The position numbers and the translations under genes are program-made. A stretch of DNA of 64,000 bases, taken from an uncultured delta proteobacterium. GTDB taxonomy: Bacteria > Myxococcota > Myxococcia > SLRQ01. Of this stretch, positions 52,922 to 61,652 are shown in pieces (positions within the stretch are counted from its first letter, which is position 1; the number at the start of each line of letters is the position of its first letter). Below the pieces are notes generated by a model, which saw only the letters and a program-made list of their open reading frames with translations, made no database searches and was not told the DNA's origin. The stretch is taken from positions 320,001 to 384,000 of the forward strand of contig CAVSGM010000011.1 in assembly GCA_963727485.1 (NCBI GenBank), given 5' to 3'.

Positions 52922-53878
52922 ATGACCGTCCAGGCCATCGCCATCGTCTTCGCCTTCCTCTTCGGAGCGGTCGTGGGCTCGTTCCTCAACGTGGTCATCT
53001 GGCGGGTGCCCCGGGGGGAGAGCATCGTCTCGCCGGGCTCCCACTGCCCCGGGTGCGGCAAGGCCATCGCCTGGTACCACAACGTGCCCATTGTCTCCTG
53101 GCTGGTGCTCCGGGGGCGGTGCGCGAGCTGCAGCACCCGCATCGACATCCGCTATCCCATGGTGGAGCTGGTCACGGCGCTGTTGGCCGTGGCCTGCGTC
53201 GCCGTGTTCGGCCTGGGCCTCGAGGCGGTGCGGATGTTCGTGTTCGTGGCCATCCTGGTGTCGCTCACCTACATCGACCTCGAGCACTGGCTGCTCCCCC
53301 ACGCCATCACCTGGCCGGGGATCGTGGTGGGGCTGGCCACCGCCTGGGTCCCCGGGGCGCCGGGGCTGAAGACCTGCGTCATCGGGGCGGCCGCGGGCTT
53401 CGGGGGGCTGTGGCTGGTGGGGCAGGTGGCCCGGCGGATCCTGGGGCAGGACGCCATGGGGGGCGGGGATCCGTTCCTCCTGGGGATGATCGGCGCCTTC
53501 CTCGGGTGGGCGCCCCTGGGGCCGGTGATCTTCCTGGCGTCGGTGCAGGGCATCGTCGGCTGGGGGGTGCTGGCGCTCCGGCGCCGCGACGAGGATGCCG
53601 AGGAGACCGGTGAGACGCCCGAGGCCGGCGGCGCGCCGAGGGACGAAGCCGCGCCGGCCGACGAAGCCGCGCCGGCCGACGAAGCCGCGCCGGCCGACGA
53701 AGCCGCGCCGGCCGAGGCGTCGACGGCCGACCACGACGACGAAGCCTACGACGACGACTGGGTGCCCCCGGCGAACGCGGTGCCCTTCGGGCCGTTCCTC
53801 TCCCTGGGGGCCCTGGAGATGACCTTCGCCGGGGGGCTGGTCATGGACTGGGTCCTCCGGGTCCTCGGGCTCGGGTGA
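52922..53878 (+). CDS. pilD: Prepilin peptidase/N-methyltransferase PilD
   Basis: GSFLNVVIWRVP, SHCPGC, GRCASC, RYPMVEL, IDLEH, MGGGD, VPFGPFL. Confidence 0.95.
   Translation: MTVQAIAIVFAFLFGAVVGSFLNVVIWRVPRGESIVSPGSHCPGCGKAIAWYHNVPIVSWLVLRGRCASCSTRIDIRYPMVELVTALLAVACVAVFGLGLEAVRMFVFVAILVSLTYIDLEHWLLPHAITWPGIVVGLATAWVPGAPGLKTCVIGAAAGFGGLWLVGQVARRILGQDAMGGGDPFLLGMIGAFLGWAPLGPVIFLASVQGIVGWGVLALRRRDEDAEETGETPEAGGAPRDEAAPADEAAPADEAAPADEAAPAEASTADHDDEAYDDDWVPPANAVPFGPFLSLGALEMTFAGGLVMDWVLRVLGLG
53642..53713 (+). repeat. Perfect 18-bp tandem repeat x4 within pilD (encodes DEAAPA)
   Basis: GACGAAGCCGCGCCGGCC repeated four times in frame. Confidence 0.95.
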
Positions 53879-55183
53879 TGCGGCCCGGCCTGCGCTTCCA
53901 GAATCCTGCTCATCCTCCTGGGCTCCCTGGGCCTCGCGTTTGGCCTGGTGGCCTCGGTGGGCCTGGTCACCCTCGACCACCTCGAGGCCGAGGTCCGCGA
54001 GGGCCGGGCGCAGGCCGAGGCCCGGGCCCTGGCCTCGGCGGCCGCGGTGGCGTGCCCCGGGAAGGACCGCGCCTGCCTCGCCGCCTGGATCGCGAAGGTG
54101 GGCCACGGACGCCTGGTCCCGGCGGGGACGCCCCGGGCGTCGAACCTCGCCGGCACCGACCTCGCGGTGGTCGTCGCCACCGTCCGCCCCGGCCGGGCCC
54201 TGGGTCCGGCGCGGCGCTTCCTCCTCGGCTTCCTCGCCCTGGACCTGGTCATCACCCTCCTCTTCTCGGCGCTGGCGCTCTTCCGGGGGGTGGTGCGACC
54301 GGTGGAGGCCCTGGCGGCCCAGGCGGACCAGGTGGCGCGCCTGGAGTTCGGCGACCTCGGCGAGGGCCACCAGTTCGGGCGCCTGGGGACCTCGTTCCGG
54401 CGCATGGTGGGGGCGCTCTCCGACGAGCGCGCCCGGGTCCAGCGGCAGATTGACGAGCTCGAGGCCGCCAACCGCTCCCTTAGGGAGGCCCAGGAGAGCC
54501 TGGTGCGCTCGGAGAAGCTCGCCACCGTGGGGCGCCTCGCCGCCGGGGTCGCCCACGAGATCGGCAACCCCCTCGGTGGGCTCATCGGCTACCTCGAGAT
54601 CCTCAGGCCGCGCCTCGCAGGCGACCCGGCGGCGGCGCCCCTGGTGGAGGGCGGGCTCTCGGCGGCCCGGCGCATCGACCAGACCATCCGCGACCTCCTC
54701 GACTTCTCGCGCCCGGGCGAGGCGGCGAGGGTGCCGTTCCCGGTGGCGGAGACGGTGGACGAGGCCCTGCGCCTGTGTCGCCCCCAGAAGCGCTTCGCCG
54801 AGGTGGAGGTCCGGCTCGCGGTCCCCGGGGGGCTCCCCGCGGTCGTCGGCGACCGCCGGCGCTTCACCCAGGTGCTGGTGAACCTCTTTCTCAACGCCGC
54901 CGACGCCATGGAGGGCGAGGGCGTCCTCGAGGTCGGCGCCGTCGTCGAAGGGGACGGGCTGCGCCTCGAGGTCGCCGACTCGGGACCGGGGCTCCCCGAG
55001 GGGGCCGGCGACGACATCTTCGAGCCCTTCTTCACCACCAAGGAACCGGGGCAGGGGACCGGCCTGGGGCTCGCCATCTCCCGGCGCCTCGTGGAGGGCT
55101 GGGGCGGGCGCCTCGAGGCCGCGTCTCGCCCGGGGGGCGGGGCGGTCTTCACGGTGACACTTCCTGTAAGTGCCTCGAATTGA
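53878..55183 (+). CDS. Membrane sensor histidine kinase (PilS2-like, HAMP); apparent +1 frameshift near 53898
   Basis: MRPGLRF joins RILLILLGSLGLAF in the next frame. Second TM, HAMP, SEKLATVGRLAAGVAHEIGNPL, NLFLNA, DSGPG, FFTTKEPGQGTGLGL. Confidence 0.85.
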
Positions 55184-55191
55184 ACAACTTT

Positions 55192-55211
55192 TTATGCACA
55201 ATTAAGCATAA
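55192..55211. promoter_or_regulatory. Inverted repeat in an AT-rich patch; candidate operator
   Basis: TTATGC-N8-GCATAA, 17 bp upstream of a TTGACA element. Confidence 0.5.
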
Positions 55212-55228
55212 TTAGACAAAATCCAATC

Positions 55229-55258
55229 TTGACACTCCTCGTCGGGGCCCCCTATTGT
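55229..55258 (+). promoter_or_regulatory. Sigma70-type promoter of the XRE regulator
   Basis: TTGACA-N18-TATTGT preceded by an AT-rich, UP-like tract. Confidence 0.65.
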
Positions 55259-55303
55259 AGCGGGTGCCGAGACGCCCGTGAGTCGTGCGTTCCGGCCCCA
55301 CCC

Positions 55304-55762
55304 ATGGCCGACAAGACGCTTCCCAACAACGTCCGTGAGCTGCGTGAGGCGCAGCTCACGAGCAAGGCAGAGCTGGCGCGCAAGGCCGGCCTCTCGCCGC
55401 TCACCATCGACCGGGTCGAGAGCGGGAAGCCCTGTCGCATGGACACCAAGCGCAAGATCATCCTCGCGCTGGGGCTGAAGCTCTCCGATCGGCACCGCGT
55501 GTTCCCGGACGACCCCGACGGCGCCAAGGCCGCGCGGTCGAAGCCGGCCCGTCCCAAGGACGCCGGCCGCTCCGACACCGACGCGGGTGGCCGCGGCCCC
55601 GACGCCCCGAACAAGGGGGCGGACGAGGCCTCGCGGTCCGCAGGCGCGTCCTCGCGCGCCGCCTCCTCCGGGGGCCCCCCTCCGGCCGGGGATGACGCCG
55701 GCAGCGCCCCGAAGGACGAGCCGCAAGTTGGCTCCGACCTTCCTAAGGCCCGGTACTCCTAG
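55304..55762 (+). CDS. XRE-family helix-turn-helix protein with low-complexity tail
   Basis: NNVRELREAQLTSKAELARKAGLSPLTIDRVESGKPCRMDTKRKIILALG. Confidence 0.85.
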   Translation: MADKTLPNNVRELREAQLTSKAELARKAGLSPLTIDRVESGKPCRMDTKRKIILALGLKLSDRHRVFPDDPDGAKAARSKPARPKDAGRSDTDAGGRGPDAPNKGADEASRSAGASSRAASSGGPPPAGDDAGSAPKDEPQVGSDLPKARYS

Positions 55763-55785
55763 GGGAATTTCCCCTTGCCGTTTTT

Positions 55786-55813
55786 TTGCGGCCCCTAGGC
55801 CCCGTGGTATAGT
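55786..55813 (+). promoter_or_regulatory. Putative sigma70-type promoter of pilMNOPQ
   Basis: TTGCGG-N16-TATAGT with a TG-extended -10 (TGGTATAGT). Confidence 0.5.
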
Positions 55814-55894
55814 GGCCGCAATCACGCACCCTTAGAAGCGTTGGGTGCCAAGACCCCAAGGCGCGGTCGGCCGCGGGGTTGGGAGACCGGCAGA

Positions 55895-56963
55895 ATGGCT
55901 CGGAGCAAGGCAGTCGTGGGCCTCGACATCGGATTCGAGCTCCATCAAGATGATCCAGCTCAAGGATGCGCGGGGCGGACAGGCCCTGCTCAACCTCGGC
56001 GTGGCGCCGCTGCCACCCGAAGCCATCGTCGACGGCGCGCTGATGAACAGCACCGCCATCGTCGACGCCATCCAGGAGCTGATGGCGGCCCAGGGCGTCA
56101 AGAAGGGACGCGAGGCGGCCATCGCCGTCTCGGGCCACTCGGTCATCATCAAGAAGATCTCCATGCCGGTCATGACCCGCGAGGAGCTCGAGGAGAGCAT
56201 CCAGTGGGAGGCCGAGCAGTACATCCCCTTCGATATCAGCGAAGTGAACATCGACGTGGAGATCCTCCGCCCCGAGGGCAACGAGGCCGGGCAGATGGAC
56301 GTCCTCCTGGTCGCGGCCAAGAAGGACATGATCTCCGACTACACCTCGGTGGTCAGTGAGGCCGGGCTCTCCCCGGTGGTGGTCGACGTCGACGCCTTCG
56401 CGGTCCAGAACGCCTACGAGTCCTCCTACGGCCTGCCCCCGGGGGAGACGGTGGTCCTGGTGAACGTCGGAGCCTCGGTGATCAACATCAACGTGATCTC
56501 CGACGGCACCAGCGTGTTCACCCGTGACGTCTCCATGGGTGGCAACCAGGTCACCGAGGACATCCAGAAGCAGCTCAACGTCTCCTACGACGAGGCCGAG
56601 GCCCTGAAGCTCGGCGGCGAGGTCGGCGCCGACGCCGACTCGGTGGTCCCCCAGGAGGTCGAGCGGGTCATCCAGCAGGTCAGCGAGCAGATGGCCGGCG
56701 AGATCCAGCGCTCCCTGGACTTCTTCGCGGCCACCAGCGCCGACTCCCAGTTCAGCCGCATCCTCCTCGCCGGAGGCTCGGCGAAGATTCCCGCCTTGTT
56801 CAAGGCCATCGAGCAGCGGGCCGGGGTGCCCGTCGAGGTCCTGAACCCCTTCAAGGGCATCGAGATCGACGAGCGTCGTTTCGATCCCAACTACATCAAC
56901 GAGGTCGCCCCGATGTCGGCCGTGGTCCTGGGGCTCGGGCTCCGGCGCACCGCCGAGCGTTAG
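55895..56963 (+). CDS. pilM: Type IV pilus assembly protein PilM; one apparent +1 frameshift near 55934
   Basis: MARSKAVVGLDIG joins SSSIKMIQL in the next frame. EAEQYIPF, VLLVAAKK, VVDVDAFA, EIQRSLDFF, LAGGSA, LNPF, GLGLR. Confidence 0.93.
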
Positions 56964-56972
56964 GGAGGTTCG

Positions 56973-57521
56973 ATGATTCGCATCAACCTGCTGCCGGTCC
57001 GCGCGGCGAAGAAGAGAGAGCAGGGGCGCGTCCAGCTCGCCCTGGGCGTCATGGTCATCCTGGCCGCCTTCGCCGGCAACTACCTCTGGTACAACGCCGC
57101 GGAGGGTGACCTGGTCACCGCCCAGCGCCGGGTCCAGGACACCCAGCGCCAGATCACCCAGCTCGAGCGGATCATCGGGCAGGTGAAGGACATCCAGAAG
57201 AAGAAGCAGGACCTGCAGAAGAAGCTGGATGTCATCGCCAAGCTCCGCAAGCAGAAGACCGGGCCGGTGAAGCTGATGGACTCCCTGGCCACGGTCATCC
57301 CCAAGCAGGTGTGGATCACCCAGTTCGCGGAGAAGGGCGGGCACTTCAGCCTCCAGGGCGAGGCCATGACCCACGTGGACCTGGCGTCGTTCCTCTCGGC
57401 GCTCAAGGGCTCCAAGTACTTCAAGGGCGTCCAGCTCAAGGACGCGAGCCTCGCCAACGGACCCGGCGGCGAGCAGATCGTCAAGTTCACCCTCACCGGC
57501 CAGGCCGACTACGCGGCCTAG
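56973..57521 (+). CDS. pilN: Type IV pilus assembly protein PilN
   Basis: MIRINLLP, one TM, coiled coil, IPKQVWIT. Confidence 0.93.
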   Translation: MIRINLLPVRAAKKREQGRVQLALGVMVILAAFAGNYLWYNAAEGDLVTAQRRVQDTQRQITQLERIIGQVKDIQKKKQDLQKKLDVIAKLRKQKTGPVKLMDSLATVIPKQVWITQFAEKGGHFSLQGEAMTHVDLASFLSALKGSKYFKGVQLKDASLANGPGGEQIVKFTLTGQADYAA

Positions 57522-57544
57522 GGCCGGAAGGACACGAGGGAACC

Positions 57545-58156
57545 ATGGAGGAGCTCCTCAGCAGGATCGTCAAGCTGCCCCTGGCCACCAAGGCCGGGGT
57601 CCTGGTCGGCCTCATCGCGGCCATCACCGCCCTGAACTACTTCGTGCTGCCGGGCGTGAGCGACATCTACACCAAGACCGAGCGGGCGCAGCGGCAGTAC
57701 CGCACCCTGCAGGCGGACCTGACCAAGAAGCAGGCCATCGCCAACAACCTCACCGAGTACCGGCGCGAGATGGAGGTCCTCCAGGAGCAGCTCAAGGAGG
57801 CCCTCACCGAGATGCCCGAGGCCGTCGACATGGACGACCTCTTGAGCCAGCTCGCCAGCCTCGCCAAGAAGGCGGGCCTGAACCTGACCAACATCGCCCC
57901 CAAGGCCGAGAGCCGGCAGGGCGGGTTCTACTACCGCATCCCCATCCAGATGCAGGTCACCGGCAGCTACAACGAGATCGCCGTGTTCCTCGACAGCGTG
58001 AGCAAGCTCAAGCGCATCGTGAACGTCAACAACATCTCCCTGGGGTCGCCCAAGATGGAGGCCGACAAGGCCATCCTCAAGGCCAGCTACCTGGCGACGA
58101 CCTTCCGGTTCTCCGGGCAGCAGGCCAACGGCTCCGCCAAGGGGGCACACCGATGA
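57545..58156 (+). CDS. pilO: Type IV pilus assembly protein PilO
   Basis: TM, coiled coil, FYYRIPIQMQVTGSYNEIAVFLDSVSKLKRIVNV, ATTFRF. Confidence 0.93.
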   Translation: MEELLSRIVKLPLATKAGVLVGLIAAITALNYFVLPGVSDIYTKTERAQRQYRTLQADLTKKQAIANNLTEYRREMEVLQEQLKEALTEMPEAVDMDDLLSQLASLAKKAGLNLTNIAPKAESRQGGFYYRIPIQMQVTGSYNEIAVFLDSVSKLKRIVNVNNISLGSPKMEADKAILKASYLATTFRFSGQQANGSAKGAHR

Positions 58157-58713
58157 GTGCGCGTCGCTTCCTCGCGTTTCCCCTGGCGTTCGCCGTCGTC
58201 GGCCTGGTGGCCTGTGGCGGGTCCAGCCGCCCGCGGCGGGCTCCCGCCGCCAGCCACCCCGTCCGCCCCCAGGCCACGGCCCAGGCGCCGACGGCCGGGG
58301 CCGAGGGCGCGCCCGCGGCCCACGCTCCCGAGTACGTCTACTCGCCCATCGGCAAGCGCGACCCCTTCCGCAGCCCCTTCGCCGACCTGCGCACCGCGCC
58401 GGTGGTGAAGAAGGGCGGGCGCCCCCTCACCCCGCTGCAGCGGTGGGGCCTCGAGCAGCTTACCCTCAAGGCGACCATCACCGGGACCAGCTCCCCGATG
58501 GCGATGGTCGTCGATCCCGACGGCAAGGGCTGGACCGTCCACCGTGGCACCCTCATCGGCAAGAACTGGGGGAAGGTCACGGCCATCACCAAGGACTGCA
58601 TCGTCATCACCGAGCAGGTGCGTGACGCCTCCCAGGCCGTGTCCTCGGTGAAGCAGCAGAAGTGCCTGCCCAAGGATCAGAAGGACCTCGATTTCCAGAA
58701 GCAGTTCGACTGA
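58153..58713 (+). CDS. pilP: Type IV pilus lipoprotein PilP
   Basis: Lipobox LVAC, YSPIGKRDPF, PLQRWGLEQL, AMVVDPDG, IGKNWGKV. Confidence 0.92.
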   Translation: MSARRFLAFPLAFAVVGLVACGGSSRPRRAPAASHPVRPQATAQAPTAGAEGAPAAHAPEYVYSPIGKRDPFRSPFADLRTAPVVKKGGRPLTPLQRWGLEQLTLKATITGTSSPMAMVVDPDGKGWTVHRGTLIGKNWGKVTAITKDCIVITEQVRDASQAVSSVKQQKCLPKDQKDLDFQKQFD

Positions 58714-58750
58714 CCACACCCAGTTCCACCCCGCGGATCCGAATTCTGAA

Positions 58751-58777
58751 GCGCTGGCGACCGGGTGGTCGCAGCGC
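58751..58777 (+). other. Intergenic stem-loop between pilP and pilQ
   Basis: GCGCT(G)GCGACC-GGGT-GGTCGCAGCGC with no U tract; possibly an mRNA stability element. Confidence 0.4.
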
Positions 58778-58810
58778 GGCGCGCGAGCGGCATTGTCAAG
58801 GAGAACGTCG

Positions 58811-61603
58811 ATGACTCACCGGAGCACCCGACGGAAGTACGGAATCCCCGCCCGGGCCCTCCTGGCGCTGGCCCTGGCGGCGACGGGCGCGTCGCAGGCC
58901 CAGGCGGCGCCGACGCCCCCGGGGGTCGACCACGTCAAGGGCATCCAGGTCACCGATCAGGGATCCCTGACGGCGATCCGGGTCCAGGGAGACAAGGCGC
59001 CGACGTTCACCGTCTTCAAGCTCTCCGAGCCGCCGCGCCTGGTCGTCGACCTCGCCGGCGCCGACGTGAGCGCCCTCAAGCGGCTCACCGAGGTCGACCA
59101 GGGTGACGTCCACGCGGTGGTCGCCACCCAGTTCAGCGACGCCAACGCCAAGGTCGGCCGGGTCATGGTCGCCCTCGACAAGGAGGCGGCCTACGACGTC
59201 AAGGCCGACGGCAACGACGTGGTCATCACCGTGAACCATGTCGGTGGCAAGGCCCCGGTGGCCGAGGCCGCGCCCGCCCCGAAGGCCACGGCGCCCGCCG
59301 CCAAGGCCGACGCCGCGGCCGCGACCAAGGCCCCCGCCGCGACCAAGGCCCCCGACGCCAAGGTCGCCGACGCCGCCCCGGCCGATACGGCGACCGCGGC
59401 CGACCCGGCTCCGGCCGAGCGTCCGGCACCCCGGCCCGCGCCCTCGAACCTGCCCCCGGGCGTGGTGGCCCGGCACGTCTACCGCTTCCACGGGCACCGG
59501 GGTCACCGGGTCCTGGCGGTCGGCGCCCGGAGCCACCGCGGGGTCACCGCCGTGGACATCCGCACCGACGGCATGCCCCGCCGGGTGACCACCCTGGAGC
59601 TCGTGTCCCCGCCGCGCCTGGCCATCGACCTCGACGGTCTCACCGGTGCCCCCCACCACGCCCGCCTCGGGCACCTCGGCCCCGACGCCGCGGTGACCGA
59701 CATCCGGATCGGCGAGCATGCCCACAAGGTGCGCGTGGTCCTCGACGGCCGCGGGGAGCGGATGGCCGCCTACCAGGTGCGTCCCACCGCCCATGGCCTC
59801 CGCATCGTCCTTCACGGCCACGCGGCCCCGGCGGCGGTGGCCTCTCGAAGGGCGCCCGCGGCGGCCCACGGCCTGACCTACGTCCGCGCCCTCACCTACG
59901 GGCGCTCCCACGACCTGGGCCACGCGGTCCTCGCCCTCGAGGGAGGCCACGGCCTCCACTGGAAGGTGACCTACCCCGACGCCCACACCGCGGTCCTCAC
60001 CCTCGACGGGGCGAAGCTCGACTCCCACCTGGAGCAGACCTTCGACGCCTCCCGCTTCGGCGGGGCGGTGCGGGCCCTCACCGCCTTCACCGACCCTGGC
60101 CACGCCGGCCGGGTGAAGGTGGTGGCGAACCTCGCCCGCCGGGTGCGCACCCGGGTGAACGCCGAGGGCTCGGATCTCACCTGGACCTTCCCCCTGGGCG
60201 GCGCGGCGGCCGCGACCGTCACCGCCTCCCGGGTGGCCTCGGTCCAGGCGGCCGGTCTCTCCACCGAGGGCGCCATCCACGTGGCCTCGAGCGGTGAGCG
60301 GGCCCGCTACCACGGCCGGCGCATCAACCTCGACTTCAAGGACATCGACATCCAGAACGTGCTCCGGCTCATCGCCGAGGTGAGCAAGCGCAACCTGGTG
60401 GTCTCCGACGACGTGAAGGGCAAGATCACCCTGCGCCTGCGCAACGTCCCCTGGGACCAGGCCCTGGACCTCATCCTCAAGTCCAACGACCTGGGCAAGG
60501 AGGTCACCGGGAACATCATCCGCATCGCCCCGGCCAAGGTGCTCGAAAAGGAGCAGGAGGCCGCGGTGAAGGCGCGGGAGGCCCAGCACAAGCTCGATCC
60601 TCTGGCGGTGCGCCTCATCCCGGTGAACTTCGCCGACGCCTCCGGCATGGCCAGCAAGGTCAAGGACGTCCTCTCCGACCGGGGCTCGGTCACCGTGGAC
60701 ACCCGGACCAACGTCCTCATCGTCAAGGACGTGGTCGGCGCCCTGGCCCGGGCCCAGCAGCTGGTCCGCCGCCTCGACACCGAGACCCCCCAGGTCCTCA
60801 TCGAGTCGCGGATCGTCGAGGCCAACACCAACTACACCCGCGAGGTGGGCATCCAGTGGGGCGGCAGTGCCTCGATGACCCCCGCCACCGGCAACGCCAC
60901 CGGGCTGGTCTTCCCCAACAACGTCCAGATCGCGGGCGCCGCCACCGACGGGCAGACCCCGACCTCGGCCACCTCCAGCAACCCCAACTTCGCGGTGAAC
61001 ATGCCGGCGGCCATCGGCACCAACTCCGGTGGCGGCATCGGCCTCATCCTGGGGTCGGTCAACGGGGTGGTGGGCCTGAACCTGCGCCTCTCGGCCCTGG
61101 AGAACCAGGGGCGGATCAAGACCATCAGCGCCCCGCGGGTCGCCACCCTCGACAACGAGAAGGCGTCCATCAGCCAGGGCCTGTCGATCCCGTTCAGCCA
61201 GGTGTCGGCGGCGGGGGTGAACACCACCTTCATCGAGGCCAAGCTCGAGCTCGACGTCACCCCCCACGTGACCGAGAACGGCTCCATCCTCATGAACATC
61301 TCGGTCACCAACAACCAGCCGAACCCCCAGCTCACCGGCGCCAACGGCCAGCCGTCGATCTCCAAGAAGGAGGCCAAGACCAACGTCATGGTCAAGGACG
61401 GCCAGACCACGGTCATCGGCGGGATCTACACCCGGTCGAACTCGGTCTCGGAGAACGCCGTCCCCGGCCTCTCCAAGATCCCGATCCTCGGGTGGCTCTT
61501 CAAGAAGCGCAACTACAACGAGAGCCGGACCGAGCTGCTGGTGTTCATCACCCCCCGCATCCTCAACCGGCTCCAGTCGGCGATGCAGACGGGCGGCGGT
61601 TGA
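58811..61603 (+). CDS. pilQ: Type IV pilus secretin PilQ with AMIN domains
   Basis: AAGGAG RBS, signal peptide, AMIN-like PPRLVVDL and PPRLAIDL, INLDFKDIDI, NVPWDQALDLIL, PQVLIESRIVE, VPGLSKIPILGWLFK, ELLVFITPRI. Confidence 0.96.
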   Translation: MTHRSTRRKYGIPARALLALALAATGASQAQAAPTPPGVDHVKGIQVTDQGSLTAIRVQGDKAPTFTVFKLSEPPRLVVDLAGADVSALKRLTEVDQGDVHAVVATQFSDANAKVGRVMVALDKEAAYDVKADGNDVVITVNHVGGKAPVAEAAPAPKATAPAAKADAAAATKAPAATKAPDAKVADAAPADTATAADPAPAERPAPRPAPSNLPPGVVARHVYRFHGHRGHRVLAVGARSHRGVTAVDIRTDGMPRRVTTLELVSPPRLAIDLDGLTGAPHHARLGHLGPDAAVTDIRIGEHAHKVRVVLDGRGERMAAYQVRPTAHGLRIVLHGHAAPAAVASRRAPAAAHGLTYVRALTYGRSHDLGHAVLALEGGHGLHWKVTYPDAHTAVLTLDGAKLDSHLEQTFDASRFGGAVRALTAFTDPGHAGRVKVVANLARRVRTRVNAEGSDLTWTFPLGGAAAATVTASRVASVQAAGLSTEGAIHVASSGERARYHGRRINLDFKDIDIQNVLRLIAEVSKRNLVVSDDVKGKITLRLRNVPWDQALDLILKSNDLGKEVTGNIIRIAPAKVLEKEQEAAVKAREAQHKLDPLAVRLIPVNFADASGMASKVKDVLSDRGSVTVDTRTNVLIVKDVVGALARAQQLVRRLDTETPQVLIESRIVEANTNYTREVGIQWGGSASMTPATGNATGLVFPNNVQIAGAATDGQTPTSATSSNPNFAVNMPAAIGTNSGGGIGLILGSVNGVVGLNLRLSALENQGRIKTISAPRVATLDNEKASISQGLSIPFSQVSAAGVNTTFIEAKLELDVTPHVTENGSILMNISVTNNQPNPQLTGANGQPSISKKEAKTNVMVKDGQTTVIGGIYTRSNSVSENAVPGLSKIPILGWLFKKRNYNESRTELLVFITPRILNRLQSAMQTGGG

Positions 61604-61652
61604 CCGTATCGTTCGATTCACTCCGGCGGGCTCGCCCGCCACTGCTCTCTGA

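Noticed and set aside
53642..53713. Tandem repeat as CRISPR
   Set aside because: No spacers and no cas genes; it is an in-frame coding repeat.
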